A DNA stretch of 64,000 nucleotides from Perna viridis (lineage: Eukaryota): assembly GCA_037379345.1 (NCBI GenBank), contig CM074515.1, forward strand, positions 10,788,001 through 10,852,000. The letters are read 5' to 3'. The notes under the pieces were generated by a model, which saw only the letters and a program-made list of their open reading frames with translations, made no database searches and was not told the origin of the DNA. The position numbers and the translations under genes are program-made. Shown piece by piece: positions 27,701 to 39,470 of this stretch. How positions within the stretch are numbered: position 1 is the first letter of the stretch; the number at the start of each line of letters is the position of its first letter.

Positions 27701-30700
27701 TTAACATACTTATATTTTAATCAATTGACTTGAGTGCTTGGGTATTATATATATCCGAGCTTACACACTATGAACTGCACAGTTGTTTATATTAATGGTA
27801 AATGATACTAATTATAGTACAAACTTCACCACAAGCTGTTAGCCTTTTTTGTGATATTACAGTAACTTTTTATTTTCCATTGAACAGGTAATTTTTGTTA
27901 ATTTGTCAGTGTGTAGTTTAAGATCAACCAAATCCTCCACAGTACTCTGGACCATACATTAAACAGGTCCAGTTTAATTATAAGTCGATAATACATGTAC
28001 TGTTTGGAATTTATGGACTTTTTTTCATCTGGACATTTTAATGTGAGAGTATCTATGATAACTAGACTAACTTTCTCTTGTTTTATATGTTAAGAAATTC
28101 TATGGCAGAGTTATTCTACTCCTCAACCTAAATACACAAAATTTAAAACAAGTAAAAACTTGTAAACTTGAATTTCCCCCAAAAAGACATTTTGTCCGGT
28201 AAATTTAAAATAAAATATATCATTACGTTAAACTGTGTTATTGGCCTTTTATTAGTTATACTTAACAATATGTTCCTTGACAAGCTGTGAAAGACCATTC
28301 ATATGGTAACATGTGTCTCTGTTAACGCTTGTTTACTACAAGTGGAGTTGAAGGATATATTCACTAGAAAAAAAATGTTACCATGTTAATAAACACTAAT
28401 TAATTTCCTTTACTAAATTACTATGATATGGTTCACTCCCACATGTTGCAGGTTTTTTATATTCAGTTTTTTTTTGTATAGTCTGTCCAATTATTGAGAT
28501 ACAATTGTAAAAAAAAAACTATATAAATTGATAAAGGATGAAAATTCTGCAAAATTACCCTTGACATTATTTAGATATGATCAATAGAATAATAATATTG
28601 AGAGATTGTTAGATACAGCTGGTGTTAGAACACTTGATAGATGTATAATCTTCAATTAACAGTTAGCATGGCTGATTAATCAGGTAGAAAGTGAACCAGA
28701 GAAAAAATACTTTCTATATTATTGTTTTTGTACTAGATATTGGACATTTTCTGAGTATGAGGAAAATACACATTGAAAAATCTTAACTTTGAAAAAGTGC
28801 TAACAAAACTAAAACTAAAATCATATAACTGTAAGAAGGACATAAAATAATGAGTAATTATAAACTATATTTATTTTACAAAAACTGTTAAAAGGAAAAA
28901 ATATTATGTAGTAATTAAAATGGTAATGTATATCCAAAAAATATTAGCTCTGCACCTGTAGAAGATTGATAAATTGATTGTATTTTACTTTATGACATAT
29001 ATTTATTTTGAAATGAGAACTATTTTTACATAATAAATAAAGATCATAATCTTTATTTGCAGAACACATGTCTCCAGAAATCACCAATTTATTAGATGGG
29101 CACAAAGAAGTGGAAATGCAGGATCATCCCAATATATATAATGTACCACAGATGAAGACATTTTATCATAAACAAGACCCTGTGGCACCATATGCCACCA
29201 CAACCCTGATTAACGCAGGAGCAGCTCAACACATGGATCATCACATGTTCAGGCCTATACACCAGAACAGTGGATCAGGTGATAGCTGTTGTAAACACGA
29301 GTGTAGCGGAGGATCTAATACTGACAACAGCCATTCAGGTGGTCACCATCATGATCACAGTGATCATATGCAAAGTCCAACCAGTGATAGCGGCAGTCAC
29401 ACGACTGATGAAAATGGAATGTTGATCAAGAAAGGACGTAAAGGCCCTGGACAGATGCTTGTTCCAAAACAAGCTATGGTTAACTGGGCTGAGTTTTTAC
29501 CCCCTCCACCTGAACATCCTCCTCCAAGTGAGGTTGGGTCAGATTCTCCTGCAAATTCTCTCCAGTATGCAGAGGTTAGTCAGAATCGTGCAATGGCAAA
29601 CAGAAGTCCCATGTCTCCAATGTCTAAGATTTCGTCATGTTCCTGTCCTGTACCCCACAGTCAGCACCCTTCGTGTGCTCAGCAGTGGAATGTCCCACCA
29701 CCAGCATATTCTGATTCAGGATGTGCGAGATGTTGTTCTCCTAAATACTGTGACAATGGACAATATAGTGCTATAAACAGAGTTCAGTCCCCTTGTTCTG
29801 ATACGTGGGGACAAAGAACGATAGCGTGTACAAATCCCTCACAGAGGGTCCCTGTAGATTTATACTGTCATAATAGAGTGTGTCATAGTGATCATGAACA
29901 GACTAATATCCATCCCTTACATCATTACAAAATAAATAATAATGAACAAGAAGCGGAGCATAATTGTATGAGTGATAGTGGACATTATTCTCGTTGTCCA
30001 ATGGATGGACATTGTATGGACAGGGCATGTCAATCATCCCTTCCAAGTGTAGCTAGTGAATGCCAGTCTAGGTTAGTATTTCTGTCAGAATACTTGGTCT
30101 AATTAAAGGGGCAGATCAAAATTAATAAGGTGTTTTGAAAATACAAAAATTGCAAAAAATATCAAAGCCAGGCATATTCTGTCATCTCACTTATCTAATA
30201 GGCTTGACTTGAGAAAGGCAACAAAATTTGTGAATTTTAATGTGTGCTGAGAGGTATAGAGCAGTTTCATATCTAACCTTGCATATGGAATGCTAAAAAA
30301 ACAATTTTAACAGTCAATTTTAACAAAAATATTAATTAAACGGGAATGTTATTCATTTTTGAATTTGAAGTATATTGTCCATTTATTGAACAGGTGAAGA
30401 GATTTAATTGTACATTTATAGTCGACTATGAGTATATCAGTGGTAGATAATATCTTTTGAAATTTTAATTGGTTACATCATGAAAAGATACAGACATCAA
30501 ATTCCTCCACATTTCTAACTTTACAGCAGATAAAGTCATTGAAAAATTTCTAAATGGCAGTTCACTGTAAATATTTGATTACTTCTATAAAGACTTTTAA
30601 TTGAAAACAAAAGTTTGACTTTAGTTCTGTGTTAGATCTCAAAAGAATTGATGGGTATTATAATTACTTCTTCTTAACAGAAACATTCTACAGTAAAAGT

Positions 30701-33700
30701 GTATTTAATGTGTACTTGAGGTGCATGGAAATTAACGGAAGATGTAAAATAACATAAACTTCAAAATGCTATTGGTTTGAGTTATGTAAAATTTCAAAAG
30801 TAATGAAGAGTAAAAACAGAGGTGGAGCATTAGCATTTAGTTTCATGTAATAATTTAGGAATTTAGAAAACACCTCGAATTTGTATTCATCATTAAAATA
30901 TGTTTTAGATAAGAATTACAATGTGTGTATTGTTCGTTAGGATATTTGTGGTGGTATCGTTTAAGATATGAACAATATGTTATGTAATTTTTAATGTTAG
31001 ATGTTTAAGATCCTAAAGAAAAAATCTGCCAAAAATTTAGTGCTTTTTACACAATTTTCAAGAATATTAACCAACTAAGAGAAAAGACATGAAAATAACA
31101 AAAATATGGATGATGGTTTTCTTCAGTTTAAAGTGATACATGTGGTAAAATTAATTAGCTTCTGGCTATGTACGAAAAAAAGGACCTTAATAAGATAGTA
31201 AAATTTTATAGAAATAGCATGCTAGACAAAGAAGTCAATTTATGTCTGTGTACTTGTTGTTATCATCAGAATTTAAAAAAAACAATAATTCATCACATCA
31301 TTTATTAGGGGATATTGGTTTCTGTTTTCCAGAATCCCTTGTAGACTGAGTGATGGTGGACATCACCACATGAACCTAGCTGTAGATGGTTACAATAGAA
31401 ATGGTGACTCACCAATGTCGGGTCAGGATTATGTTGGTGAGTCTGATTTGGATTCTAACCCTCCACAAGGTGGGGAGGGCTGTGGTGAAGAAAATCAAGA
31501 AGATGGTGGCAGTAACATGTCAGGTGATCGATCACATGTCAAACTGCTTACAGCTTCTATAATGCACTGCTTTACATACATAGGCTAGCATTTGGCGTGG
31601 TTTTATATTCTGGAGTTTATTGCTTCATGTATGATAGATTTCCTGAGCTAAATTTGATCATGGATTGTTTAGGTCATAGGTCATGTTAAAAATGAGATGA
31701 AATACATGTATTTTCTATTGCTTTATAAGCTTAGAACCAATGTAGATTAGATACCCCTTTATATAGACCTTGTAGTTGTTCAAACAACATGATGTTTTAA
31801 GTCAAAACCCTGCTTGCTTCATGCATTGTACAGGAGAGAAACATTATATGGGGGTTCTTTGCTTTATGGGGCAGAACTGATAGGCTAGCTGTGTTTGGCT
31901 GTTAATGAGTGGAATTTTTAATACTAACATGCTGCTGAGATGGGGTTGTATGCATTTAACAAGTATGGTATGGTACCAAGCATATGGTATATATTTCAAT
32001 AGTGAAACAAATAGAAAATATATGTATAGTAGTATAGGCATATACCAGTAGTAATAAAAATATTTAAAAAATTAAATAAAGAGAAAAGGTACTAGCAATT
32101 ATTATTTCATGTATTATTTTTACTTACTCTATTTCTATTTATGAATACTGATTTAATCATTGTCCCTTAACCATACAATGACAAAGGCAGTTCAATCAAA
32201 TCTTGCTTTTTAGCTTATGATGACTATACCATTAAATATTTTTTCATTGAAAAGTAGCTTAACTTAAACCGGTTTCTGCCAAAGTGACTATTATTAAATA
32301 TCAGTTTTATCCAGATTACACATACTTGTAGAAATACTCTCATTAAGCACACATAGTAAAATCTGTATTGATAACAATAGGCTCCATGATGGCATCCTGG
32401 GCAAGTGTTACTGACCAGAGTAATACAGACTGTTCCAGTCATCGATCAAGTGCTGCTAGTGACAGTGATGCTTCATTCCTGACCGAGGCTGATTTTGCCA
32501 GTGCAGTTGCCAAGGCTGCTGAGTTGTCAGGTCTGACGGTAGTTGGGACGACAGTCTGTGATCCTAAAACTGGTAAACCAGGTTTGTATTTAACCACAGT
32601 TACCTCCCTTGTTATATTTGTACAGCTGCAAACAATTTGTGATCATATAATACTATGGTGCAGTCGTAGGCATCAACGTTTCAGTCTTTATACAAGTATG
32701 AAATATGACAATTTTCTGTACCATATCTTAGATACTTATCAGTTATTAGACATAATCAGTTTTATAGTGGCATGAGAGATCACTAAGATACTAACAAAAT
32801 TTTGAAGCTAAAATAACATGATGTACAACTAGAAAGAATGTAGTAATTTTGCGTGTGTGTATGCTTTTATTTTTTTATTTTTAAAAAAATTTTTTTAAAC
32901 ATTCTTAATTTTGTATGTTGTAGTAAAAAGACATAGACGTCCTCGTCCTGCTAGACCTGTTAGCCCCTATAGTACCGATAGTAATTTTAGTGCAGTAATT
33001 CATAAGCCATATCCTAAGTCACAACGAAAGAAACAGTTGATAGAGCAAGGTATATACACATTGGTTGCATCATTCTACTTTTTTACCATACTTCTTGGCA
33101 CAATTTGATGACGATATAGAGAATGAGTGATCAGTACCCTTCCATAAATAGATGCATGAAAACAAGAGGCATGTACAATCTTTATTTCATTGCTTTCAAC
33201 TAAAAAGGGAACAAATTTACATATCAAAATTTTTGTAAAGAAGTATTTTCAGCTCTTTTCAGAAGGGAGTGCAAGTTTGAAATGGTTCGTTATCTTATTT
33301 GTCGTTAGTCTTATTTGGTAACTTTATTATTATTATGTTATAGGGAAATGGCAGAGAAAGGATCAACAGCCTGTTCCACAATCACTCCCGGGTGTCAATG
33401 GTAAGCTTTCCCGCCATTTTTTCCATGTTTTTTATCATCTTCTTTTTATACTTGTTTTATACTTATTATAGCTATTATGTATAGAACACACTTATTTCAT
33501 ATAAGATCAACACCAATAATGTTTAATTTAGAAATTTAGATTTATAGGTTACGTATGAACAAATGTTTAATGGCCAATGGTTTAAGTCCATCTTGTATTT
33601 GTTCAGTAAAAATCATTATCATTGAAAGAAAGCCATTTTAAGCAGAATGATATTTTGTTTGGTGCAAAACTAAGAAGAATTGAAAAAAAAATATAAAAAT

Positions 33701-33955
33701 AAATGCAAGCCAAAAAAGAGCTAATTTCACACATTTATTTATATCTCAGTTTTAATGATGGTTGAGTGTTACATTCAACACCTTACCTACAAAATTTATC
33801 TTTAAGTTGTAAATTCTTTGTGTGCATATCTTGGCCGAGCATAACCCAGCGACCCTGTTATCTAAGTAACAATTATATTTGTAGTTGAAGATCTTCCTTC
33901 TTACAATAAGCCCTCCTTCCCCTCACCCACATCATCAACACAGGATAAAATCTGA
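3480..33955 (+). CDS. robo: Roundabout (Robo) Slit receptor, 5' partial; join(3480-3794,6890-7177,7791-8051,12807-12940,15808-15967,16294-16491,16619-16708,16935-17125,17392-17542,22349-22470,22671-23036,23401-23566,26637-26795,27135-27206,29063-30071,31333-31523,32381-32581,32924-33049,33344-33400,33885-33955)
   Basis: All introns are GT-AG and phase-compatible (4328 nt plus 1 nt from the upstream exon = 1443 codons including stop). Ig1 PRIVEHPQD...LNCRAEGDPKPKITWYRNG is Robo-like; architecture is 5 Ig + 3 FN3 + TM + CC1 (APYATTTLI) + CC2 (NWAEFLPPPPEHPPP). Confidence 0.95.
6890..7177 (+). CDS. robo: Robo exon, Ig2
   Basis: tttcag / gtatag; LRSEFRLQPKN...CRPPRGEPEPRIIWKKD...DAGIFTCIAIN. Confidence 0.95.
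7791..8051 (+). CDS. robo: Robo exon, Ig3 (not in ORF track)
   Basis: ttttcag / gtaagt; EKPSFRRFPIDITTRLGKTVDFPCDVVGDKPLQVTWRK...DHGIYVCVAKNQVGEAEAVARLNVE. Confidence 0.93.
8177..8305. repeat. Degenerate intronic tandem repeat, ~43 bp x3
   Basis: Three copies of core (c/t)GTGATCA(c/t)ATGAC. Confidence 0.7.
12390..12568. repeat. Local direct duplication, ~89-bp period
   Basis: cactgacccctgattaatgtaaggg..cagaataaagg occurs twice, each followed by cagagtagagct. Confidence 0.75.
12807..12940 (+). CDS. robo: Robo exon, Ig4 N-half (not in ORF track)
   Basis: ttttag / gtaagg; PPIFKVQPVNKTVGIGRCVSFQCVIEGNPTPTIYWRK. Confidence 0.92.
15808..15967 (+). CDS. robo: Robo exon, Ig4 C-half
   Basis: ttttcag / gtaaat; SLIFPYKPNGRYSVKPDGTLQIDNVQSNDVGEYECEALN. 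Confidence 0.93.
16294..16491 (+). CDS. robo: Robo exon, Ig5 N-part
   Basis: ttgtag / gtactg; RPPPIIRIGPQNQTL...LHCDAIGNPTPTIRWYKNG. Confidence 0.93.
16619..16708 (+). CDS. robo: Robo exon, Ig5 C-part (not in ORF track)
   Basis: tttcag / gtacat; GLSVSDTGMYACKASSETGETTWSSSLVVR. Confidence 0.92.
16935..17125 (+). CDS. robo: Robo exon, linker + FN3-1 N-half
   Basis: ttacag / gtgagt; FPGPPSQPVAIEVKDTSIMLSWKP...AYIIEYFS. Confidence 0.93.
17392..17542 (+). CDS. robo: Robo exon, FN3-1 C-half (not in ORF track)
   Basis: ttttcag / gtaagt; GWVVVKETVQKETHTVHNLQPETPYVFLVKAQNSHGIGVPSPISQIISTK. Confidence 0.93.
17501..17690 (+). repeat. Tandem echo of exon end + 5' splice site, ~70 bp x ~2.7
   Basis: ggtgtacc starts at 17503, 17573 and 17642; gtaagt donor at 17543 and 17613. 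Confidence 0.9.
17709..18384. mobile_element. Tc1/mariner-type (pogo/Tigger-like) MITE, 676 bp
   Basis: TA|CAGTCGAACTTC ... GAGGTTCGACTG|TA; subterminal CTCGAA repeats; no transposase. Confidence 0.88.
18507..22327. repeat. Intronic satellite, 47-bp unit (48- and 31-bp variants), roughly 80-85 copies
   Basis: Unit TAAATAAGACACCAGTTAGGTATACACTATAATGAATTATAACTGTC repeated head-to-tail. Confidence 0.97.
22349..22470 (+). CDS. robo: Robo exon, FN3-2 N-part (not in ORF track)
   Basis: ttatag / gtgtgt; FHVFEPRINKDEIRTRMSGIVVQIENSGSVNSSAIWFEWK; phase 1 to 0 fits both neighbours. Confidence 0.88.
22671..23036 (+). CDS. robo: Robo exon, FN3-2 C-part and FN3-3 N-part
   Basis: ttccag / gtatat; YTITGLKSHAWYKICVRAFN...VPTEPPQN...WLPPPDLYRNGDIRGYE. 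Confidence 0.93.
23401..23566 (+). CDS. robo: Robo exon, FN3-3 C-part
   Basis: tttcag / gtgagt; YTIVNLMEDMTYSIQMAARTSKGVGVWSKP. Confidence 0.93.
23506..23830 (+). repeat. Tandem echo of exon end + 5' splice site, 76 bp x ~4.3
   Basis: ata(c/g)agatg starts at 23506, 23582, 23658, 23734 and 23810; gtgagt at 23567, 23643, 23719 and 23795. Confidence 0.93.
26637..26795 (+). CDS. robo: Robo exon, transmembrane segment (not in ORF track)
   Basis: ttatag / gtaact; EEPWFIGVLIGVVGGTLWLALCIFSIWLC followed by basic stop-transfer KKRKSKKK. Confidence 0.93.
27135..27206 (+). CDS. robo: Robo exon, juxtamembrane cytoplasmic
   Basis: ttttcag / gtaagt; open 72-nt phase 1-1 exon VPMHKGEDRPCTTFYRNGYNEKDS. 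Confidence 0.8.
29063..30071 (+). CDS. robo: Robo large cytoplasmic exon (WIRS-like MKTF, CC1, CC2, Cys/His-rich region)
   Basis: ttgcag / gttagt; PVAPYATTTLI and NWAEFLPPPPEHPPP. Confidence 0.93.
31333..31523 (+). CDS. robo: Robo cytoplasmic exon (acidic)
   Basis: ttccag / gtgatc; phase 2 to 1 fits neighbours; GDSPMSGQDYVGESD. Confidence 0.8.
32381..32581 (+). CDS. robo: Robo cytoplasmic exon with conserved block
   Basis: GSMMASWAS...SDASFLTEADFASAVAKAAELSGL resembles the vertebrate Robo1/2 GSM..W...SFFTDADFAQAVAAAA block. Confidence 0.88.
32924..33049 (+). CDS. robo: Robo cytoplasmic exon
   Basis: ttgtag / gtatat; RPVSPYSTDSNFSA resembles Robo SPxSTDSN motif. Confidence 0.85.
33344..33400 (+). 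CDS. robo: Robo small cytoplasmic exon
   Basis: ttatag / gtaagc; open phase 1-1; GKWQRKDQQPVPQSLPGVN. Confidence 0.7.
33885..33955 (+). CDS. robo: Robo stop-containing exon (VEDLPSYNKPSFPSPTSSTQDKI*)
   Basis: ttgtag acceptor, in-frame TGA at 33953-33955, then T|gtaagt donor. Confidence 0.65.
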
Positions 33956-34741
33956 TGTAAGTCTTCATGTCAAAGTCTTGGTTGCTTCTCTACACGGCTT
34001 CTGCACATACTCCACAAAGGCTCCAAACATTGACTGCTAATGCAATGTACCATAAGGTGCTAAATAAGTCATAATTTTTTTTACCCTCTTTAATACATTT
34101 TTTCTTCAAGTTCAGTAAGCCCTATGCATTAACATTTACATATGGAAAATAGATTGTCAAGTGGAACTGAATTTTAAATTCATGAAATTTTCCAACAGCA
34201 TGGAAGTACATGTATTTGTTCAGTACTTAGTAGATGTATTTTGAGCTGTCTATAAAATTGTCATCCTATGTGAGAATCTATGCTTTGTCAAGCACACATA
34301 TAGATGTAAACATTCTAGGGATAAGCTGCATAAGGACTTTCATTTTTTTATTTGTTCATGCTTATTAATTATTTAGAAGATTATTTTATATCCCTATATG
34401 CTTTCATTGCCATCAAATAAGTCACAGATTTCACAGTAGCACAATATATATCTAGATTTCTTATTGTTGTATCTGTCTTTTAACTGCTTTTGTCTGTGTC
34501 AAATCTATTAGTGTTTTGTGTTGGTTTTCAATGTTGTGCTTCTGTTTCTCAAGTATTTATTTCTCTGAATTTGACAATTCTAATTTGATGTACTGTTATT
34601 TTTTCGGATAGAAACCTTATATATAACTATTGATGAATTTATTATATTAAGTCGGATTGGACACTGAAAATAATTTTGAAGTTTAAATGTAAACAAATGT
34701 GTGTTACAGTACCTATACTCAATTTATTATCTCTATTTTAG

Positions 34742-36540
34742 GTCCAGTTGCACTGATGAAGGTTTAATATATGGAGCAAATTCTAGTCAGAGAAAAGCTT
34801 CAATTTGGAGGCCTGTGGTCAGAGATGGTTTCCATGGTTTCTCGGCTAAGGATCATGGGAAACCTCAATCAAACAGAAATCCATAACTCAGACAAACATT
34901 GTAGTATATGTGTAACCAAAACTTTGTTGATCAAAGTTTTATTTATTTTGATGACTGTGATACTTGGTTGCCATGGCTACAGTCTACTGAATAGAGATGT
35001 GATGTTTAGGAAGAAGAAACGAGAAGATTTGGTGAAAATGAAGAATTCCATGAAAGTTACTAGCTTAATGATTAATATGAATTTTGCATAATTAATTAAC
35101 TGTTTATAGAGCAATAAAACACATGGTCTTCCCAGCAGCCTTTTGTCTGTCCCATGTGATTCCACTATCCAATGGAAATTGAAGCAATCATTAACTGCAT
35201 ACTGATATTGTTACATGTTTGTTGTTTATTGTTATTTATTGAGAACTTAATGAGATATCTGTTCATTGATAAAGTGGTGTTTAATTTGTATACATTTTTT
35301 GTAAACACACAAGGCGCATACATGTCATGTTTAGAATTGTAGAATGGATTTTAATCAATGAATGCAGAGTATATCCAATTTAACTAAACTGGTACATTTT
35401 TTAAGTCAACAAATAATGGTTTAGATGTTGTTCAGATATATGGAAATAGAATGTAGCTAAGTGATAAAATGTAAACATTTATATCTTTACATCATACCAA
35501 CTTCGCCTAAAGAAAAAAAAATGGTTACATTTTTTTTTTTTAAAAAGCAACTCAACTGTTTCAGTCAACATAACAGAAAGGTTTTCTTGTTAATTTCAAA
35601 ATGTACAATCAAATCTTGGTGTGTATTTCTTACATTCTATATGAAAAAGAATTATGTATGCCTTGTCAATTCCAAGCCATGTTGCTATGGTGATGAATAT
35701 GACATGTTTTAACACATGATCAAAGTGCTTTATCCCAGTAGTTGTTTAGATGGTGCTTAATGACACATAATGTGTCCTTGACACAGGGTCAAATTAAGGT
35801 TATATGAAGGTCACCTTCATATACATGAGTTTTTTATCATATGTTCATTATTATTTTGTTCAAATTTTACATGATGAAATGCGTGTGTGATAATGTTTTG
35901 TTGTTGAGACATTTCTTGAAGAACAGCTTTTTCACAGTGTTTGGCCCTCTTTGTAATAATTAAGATATTTTGGAATTTTAATTTTTAGAATGATTTTTTA
36001 TGAATATGAAATATTCAATTTGAACATTTTTAGGTCGTATTAATTTCATGTGTTTGTTGTTTTTATAGTTTTTTGATCAAGTTCATAGCATAATTTCTTC
36101 CTACAGAGTTGAGGAAAGTAATAATTATGTGCAATAATTTCAGATATTTTTTTCGTGATATTTTGCATTAAAATCTCTCATTCAAAATCATAACTCTGAC
36201 TAGTTACATTTACATCACTTCAAAGTAAGCAACACAGGATTCTTACTGTTTAGAGATTTTGAAAGTAGACTAAACTCTTGTGGTTAAGTCACAGGTACAT
36301 TTTGAAGATTTTATTGCCATTTTATGATTGAGTGTTATACAATCTTTTGTACATATACCTAGTGTAAGAGGCAGTATATGTTGTCCCGTTGATGTCTCAA
36401 TTCATGATTGTAAGAATGTTTGTAAATAGTGTCATGGTTAATAAGAAGCTTGTTGTATATGATCATTTGATGGTTATTCCATTTATCATGTCATGAAGAG
36501 AAATGAAACAATCTTCCATGAAATAAAAATTCAAAGCTTA
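34742..36540 (+). other. robo: Probable terminal exon / 3' UTR of robo
   Basis: Acceptor tctctattttag at 34740-34741; U-rich sequence; AATAAA at 36522-36527. Confidence 0.5.
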
Positions 36541-37479
36541 TTTAGAAAGCGTCTTTATTCTAAATCAGCCAGTGCATGCAATATTAACAAGTATTATCTT
36601 GAAAAAAGATAACCAACCCATATGCTAGCTTTATTAATACCAAAATATTAGATCACTGTACTGTTTTGTATTTCAATTATTTATTCATTGGTTCAGCAAA
36701 TAGACTATTTCCAATTATTCATTATATAAAAAGATTGTTCAATATATAAAAGTAATGGAAAATATTCTGGACACCAATGCCTCCAGCCTTAAATGTCCCT
36801 GTTGGTATCACATTTGTCCAATGAAATGCGAGGTTGCAAGGTACATAGGTTAGGTTGCCATGGTTAAGCATCATGGATGTCATGTGATATCAAAAGAAAC
36901 TCAATACCGACTGCGTGGGAAAATGCACCTATATTATATACATGAGGGGAGTTTTGGTACAGAGTCAAAAAGGCTGTATTTTACCATTAAAAGATTTATC
37001 ACTCCATGTATTTTTTGATGTTTTGTGATACAAGCATTGATATACATTCAAACAGAAACGATAATTTTGTTTGTAAACAGTAGGCATTCTACATATTTTA
37101 AAGTTACTTAATTAAATCCTATACATGTATGGGTGCAGTAAATACTTCAAATTAAAAGAAAACACAATAACAGATGATCCCCCTAAACACTGCAATGACC
37201 CGAAACATTTGCTTCATTTGACTCCACATAGGAAATAACAAATTTGGTATAAAGTTCGCCAGAATAAGTAGAACACAGAAGGACACTGTACATTTAAAAG
37301 ATTGCTGGAAGGATACACAAGCTTATCCGTCGGTCACACTTGATATTGCAGATAGAACTCCTCAAAAATGGCTCAACAGATTTTATTCAGATTTTGTAAG
37401 GTTGTCGGTCACCATATATAGTTGATTATATTGCACAATTTCAATTCTTTAAATTTTGCAAGGGTCATATTATGCCACG

Positions 37480-38140
37480 TTTTTATACAACCACAATTTT
37501 GCGGTCGTATGATGAGGTGATGCTGTCGTCTTCCGTAGAGGCTTGGTTTACCTGTGATAACTGGAATTTTAGTAGGTTGATCTTTATTGCAGTTTATAAC
37601 AATGTTCAAAACTACAAATAGAAGGTTAGTATTGGTTATGGCTTAACCGTTTTAAAATTAAGGGCCAAAAACTAGAATTTTATAGAAATTAACTATGTAA
37701 CTCTGTAATATTATTCCACAATAGTGAGACGGGGATAGATTTTGTGTTCTTGATGTAGACAATAACTTGACATGAATGAGGTGATATCTTATAAATTCAA
37801 TTACATACCCCAAGGGAAGGTTGGGTTTTAACTGGAACCAATTAGGAATAAAGGCCAAAAAGTAACCACTTCGATTCTGGTCTAAATTTTTATTTTGTGC
37901 CAAATATCTAATCGTAAACAAATTCAAAGATGTATCAAGTTTGAATGGTGTGTCCATATTTGCCCCAACTGATTAGGGTTCGACCTATGCGGTCGTATCA
38001 AAGCATTTTATTAAATTTTATACGACCCAAAAAATGGCAGTCATATAATGGTATGATGCTAACGTCGGTATCTTTGTCGGTAGACACTTGGTTTTAAGTA
38101 AAAGCATATGGATGTCTATGATATTGTTCCACAATATTAT
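37480..38140 (+). mobile_element. Degenerate HINE/Helentron-associated fragments
   Basis: Two starts of ttttatac(a/g)acc.caa..tt...gtc.tat.atg...tgatg.....cgtc, typical of bivalve non-autonomous rolling-circle elements. Confidence 0.45.
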
Positions 38141-38782
38141 ATAGTACCAAAGAAAGACTTTCTTTAATTCAGTTTTTCTTTATTCAAGTATGAATGGTTG
38201 ATCAGCAGGATATTTTTTCCAAATGTTTAATAATACTGAATTAACTTGACATCTTGGCGGGAATCAAGGTATAGCCTTTTCGTGACCTCGATTCCATCTC
38301 TTCAGATTTCTTTGCCTGGAGCTGTTCGCAAACTTTCAAATACTTGTGGGCAGGGTTACCTATTTTGCAAGGGGGGTGAAAAACTCCAAAAGTGCAAAAT
38401 AAAAATAATCCTGTGAAATTAACGTTGTCAAGGTTCTTCGACATGTTCTGAGTAATTTTCAAAAATGGAAAATTTATTCAGCCAAAAATTACTTTTTTGG
38501 TGAAATCGTGTATATTCACATAGTTGGTGTTTATATTGGTGTAATATTAGAAATTTCTCCAGTTTCAACAATAACAAATGGATGAAAATTTATCCAAATT
38601 ACAGGAGATTGTTTGCTGCTTTTGTATTAATTATAATTTATTCTAATTAATTGATTTTGATAATTTGTACAAACTGAATATACAAATTAAAAATTGTACT
38701 AAATTTTCATCTATATTATAATGTGTACAAAATTACATTTAGTACACAACATATATATCTGTAAAAATGTTGAACGGAAAAA

Positions 38783-39470
38783 TAGTGCCATCGGTAGGAA
38801 AAAAGTCACAAGGAAAAAAGTTCACAATATTTGCTACGAAAAAAGTCAGAAGCTACAATGCTTTCAATCATACATTATCCAAAAAAAAAAAAAAAAAAAT
38901 ACATCCTACATCTTAGTATGAATGATTTCCAATTTAAGTCAATTGTAGTCATGTCTTCTCATAATTATTTTCGTGGCATTCCATTCATTATAGTTGTAAA
39001 ATAAATTGCGCTATGCAGATCAGACCCCGGGTGTTGTGGCCTTCCCCTTTTAAATCATGTAATGAGTATGTATAAAGTAAATGGCTTCCTACCAAAGTAA
39101 AAAATGCTGTTTCGCTTTCAATGTTTTTATTTAAATATTTTTTAATCAAAATCTAATTTTTAGACATCAAATATGCCATTTTCAATATTAAATGATATAA
39201 AATGAATGATAATAAATACAAGTAAAAGAAAAATATACGAAAATCAATTACAGTTGATATTTTCCGCAAAAACTTCGCAATTTTATAAACTCTGACTTTT
39301 TTCCTGCGACATTTTTTCTGTGACTTTTCATATCTTGATTTTTTCGTGTGACTTTTTATATCTTGACTTGTTTCCGTGAAATTTTCCTGTAAATTTTTAT
39401 ATCGATTTTTTTCCGTGACTTTTTTCCTGTAAATTTTTGTATCTTGACTTTTTTCCGTGAAATTTTTCAT
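38783..39470. mobile_element. Remnant element with inverted subterminal GAAAAAAGTCAC arrays
   Basis: gaaaaaagtcac copies near 38800-38850 face gtgactttttt copies in a tandem array at 39290-39470. Confidence 0.5.

Noticed and set aside
29459-29776. 105-aa alternative-frame ORF within the large Robo exon
   Set aside because: Chance overlap in a GC-richer coding exon; no motif.
34701-35091. 61-aa and 106-aa ORFs downstream of robo
   Set aside because: No recognisable domain and not the frame joined by the phase-1 splice; they lie in the probable 3' UTR.
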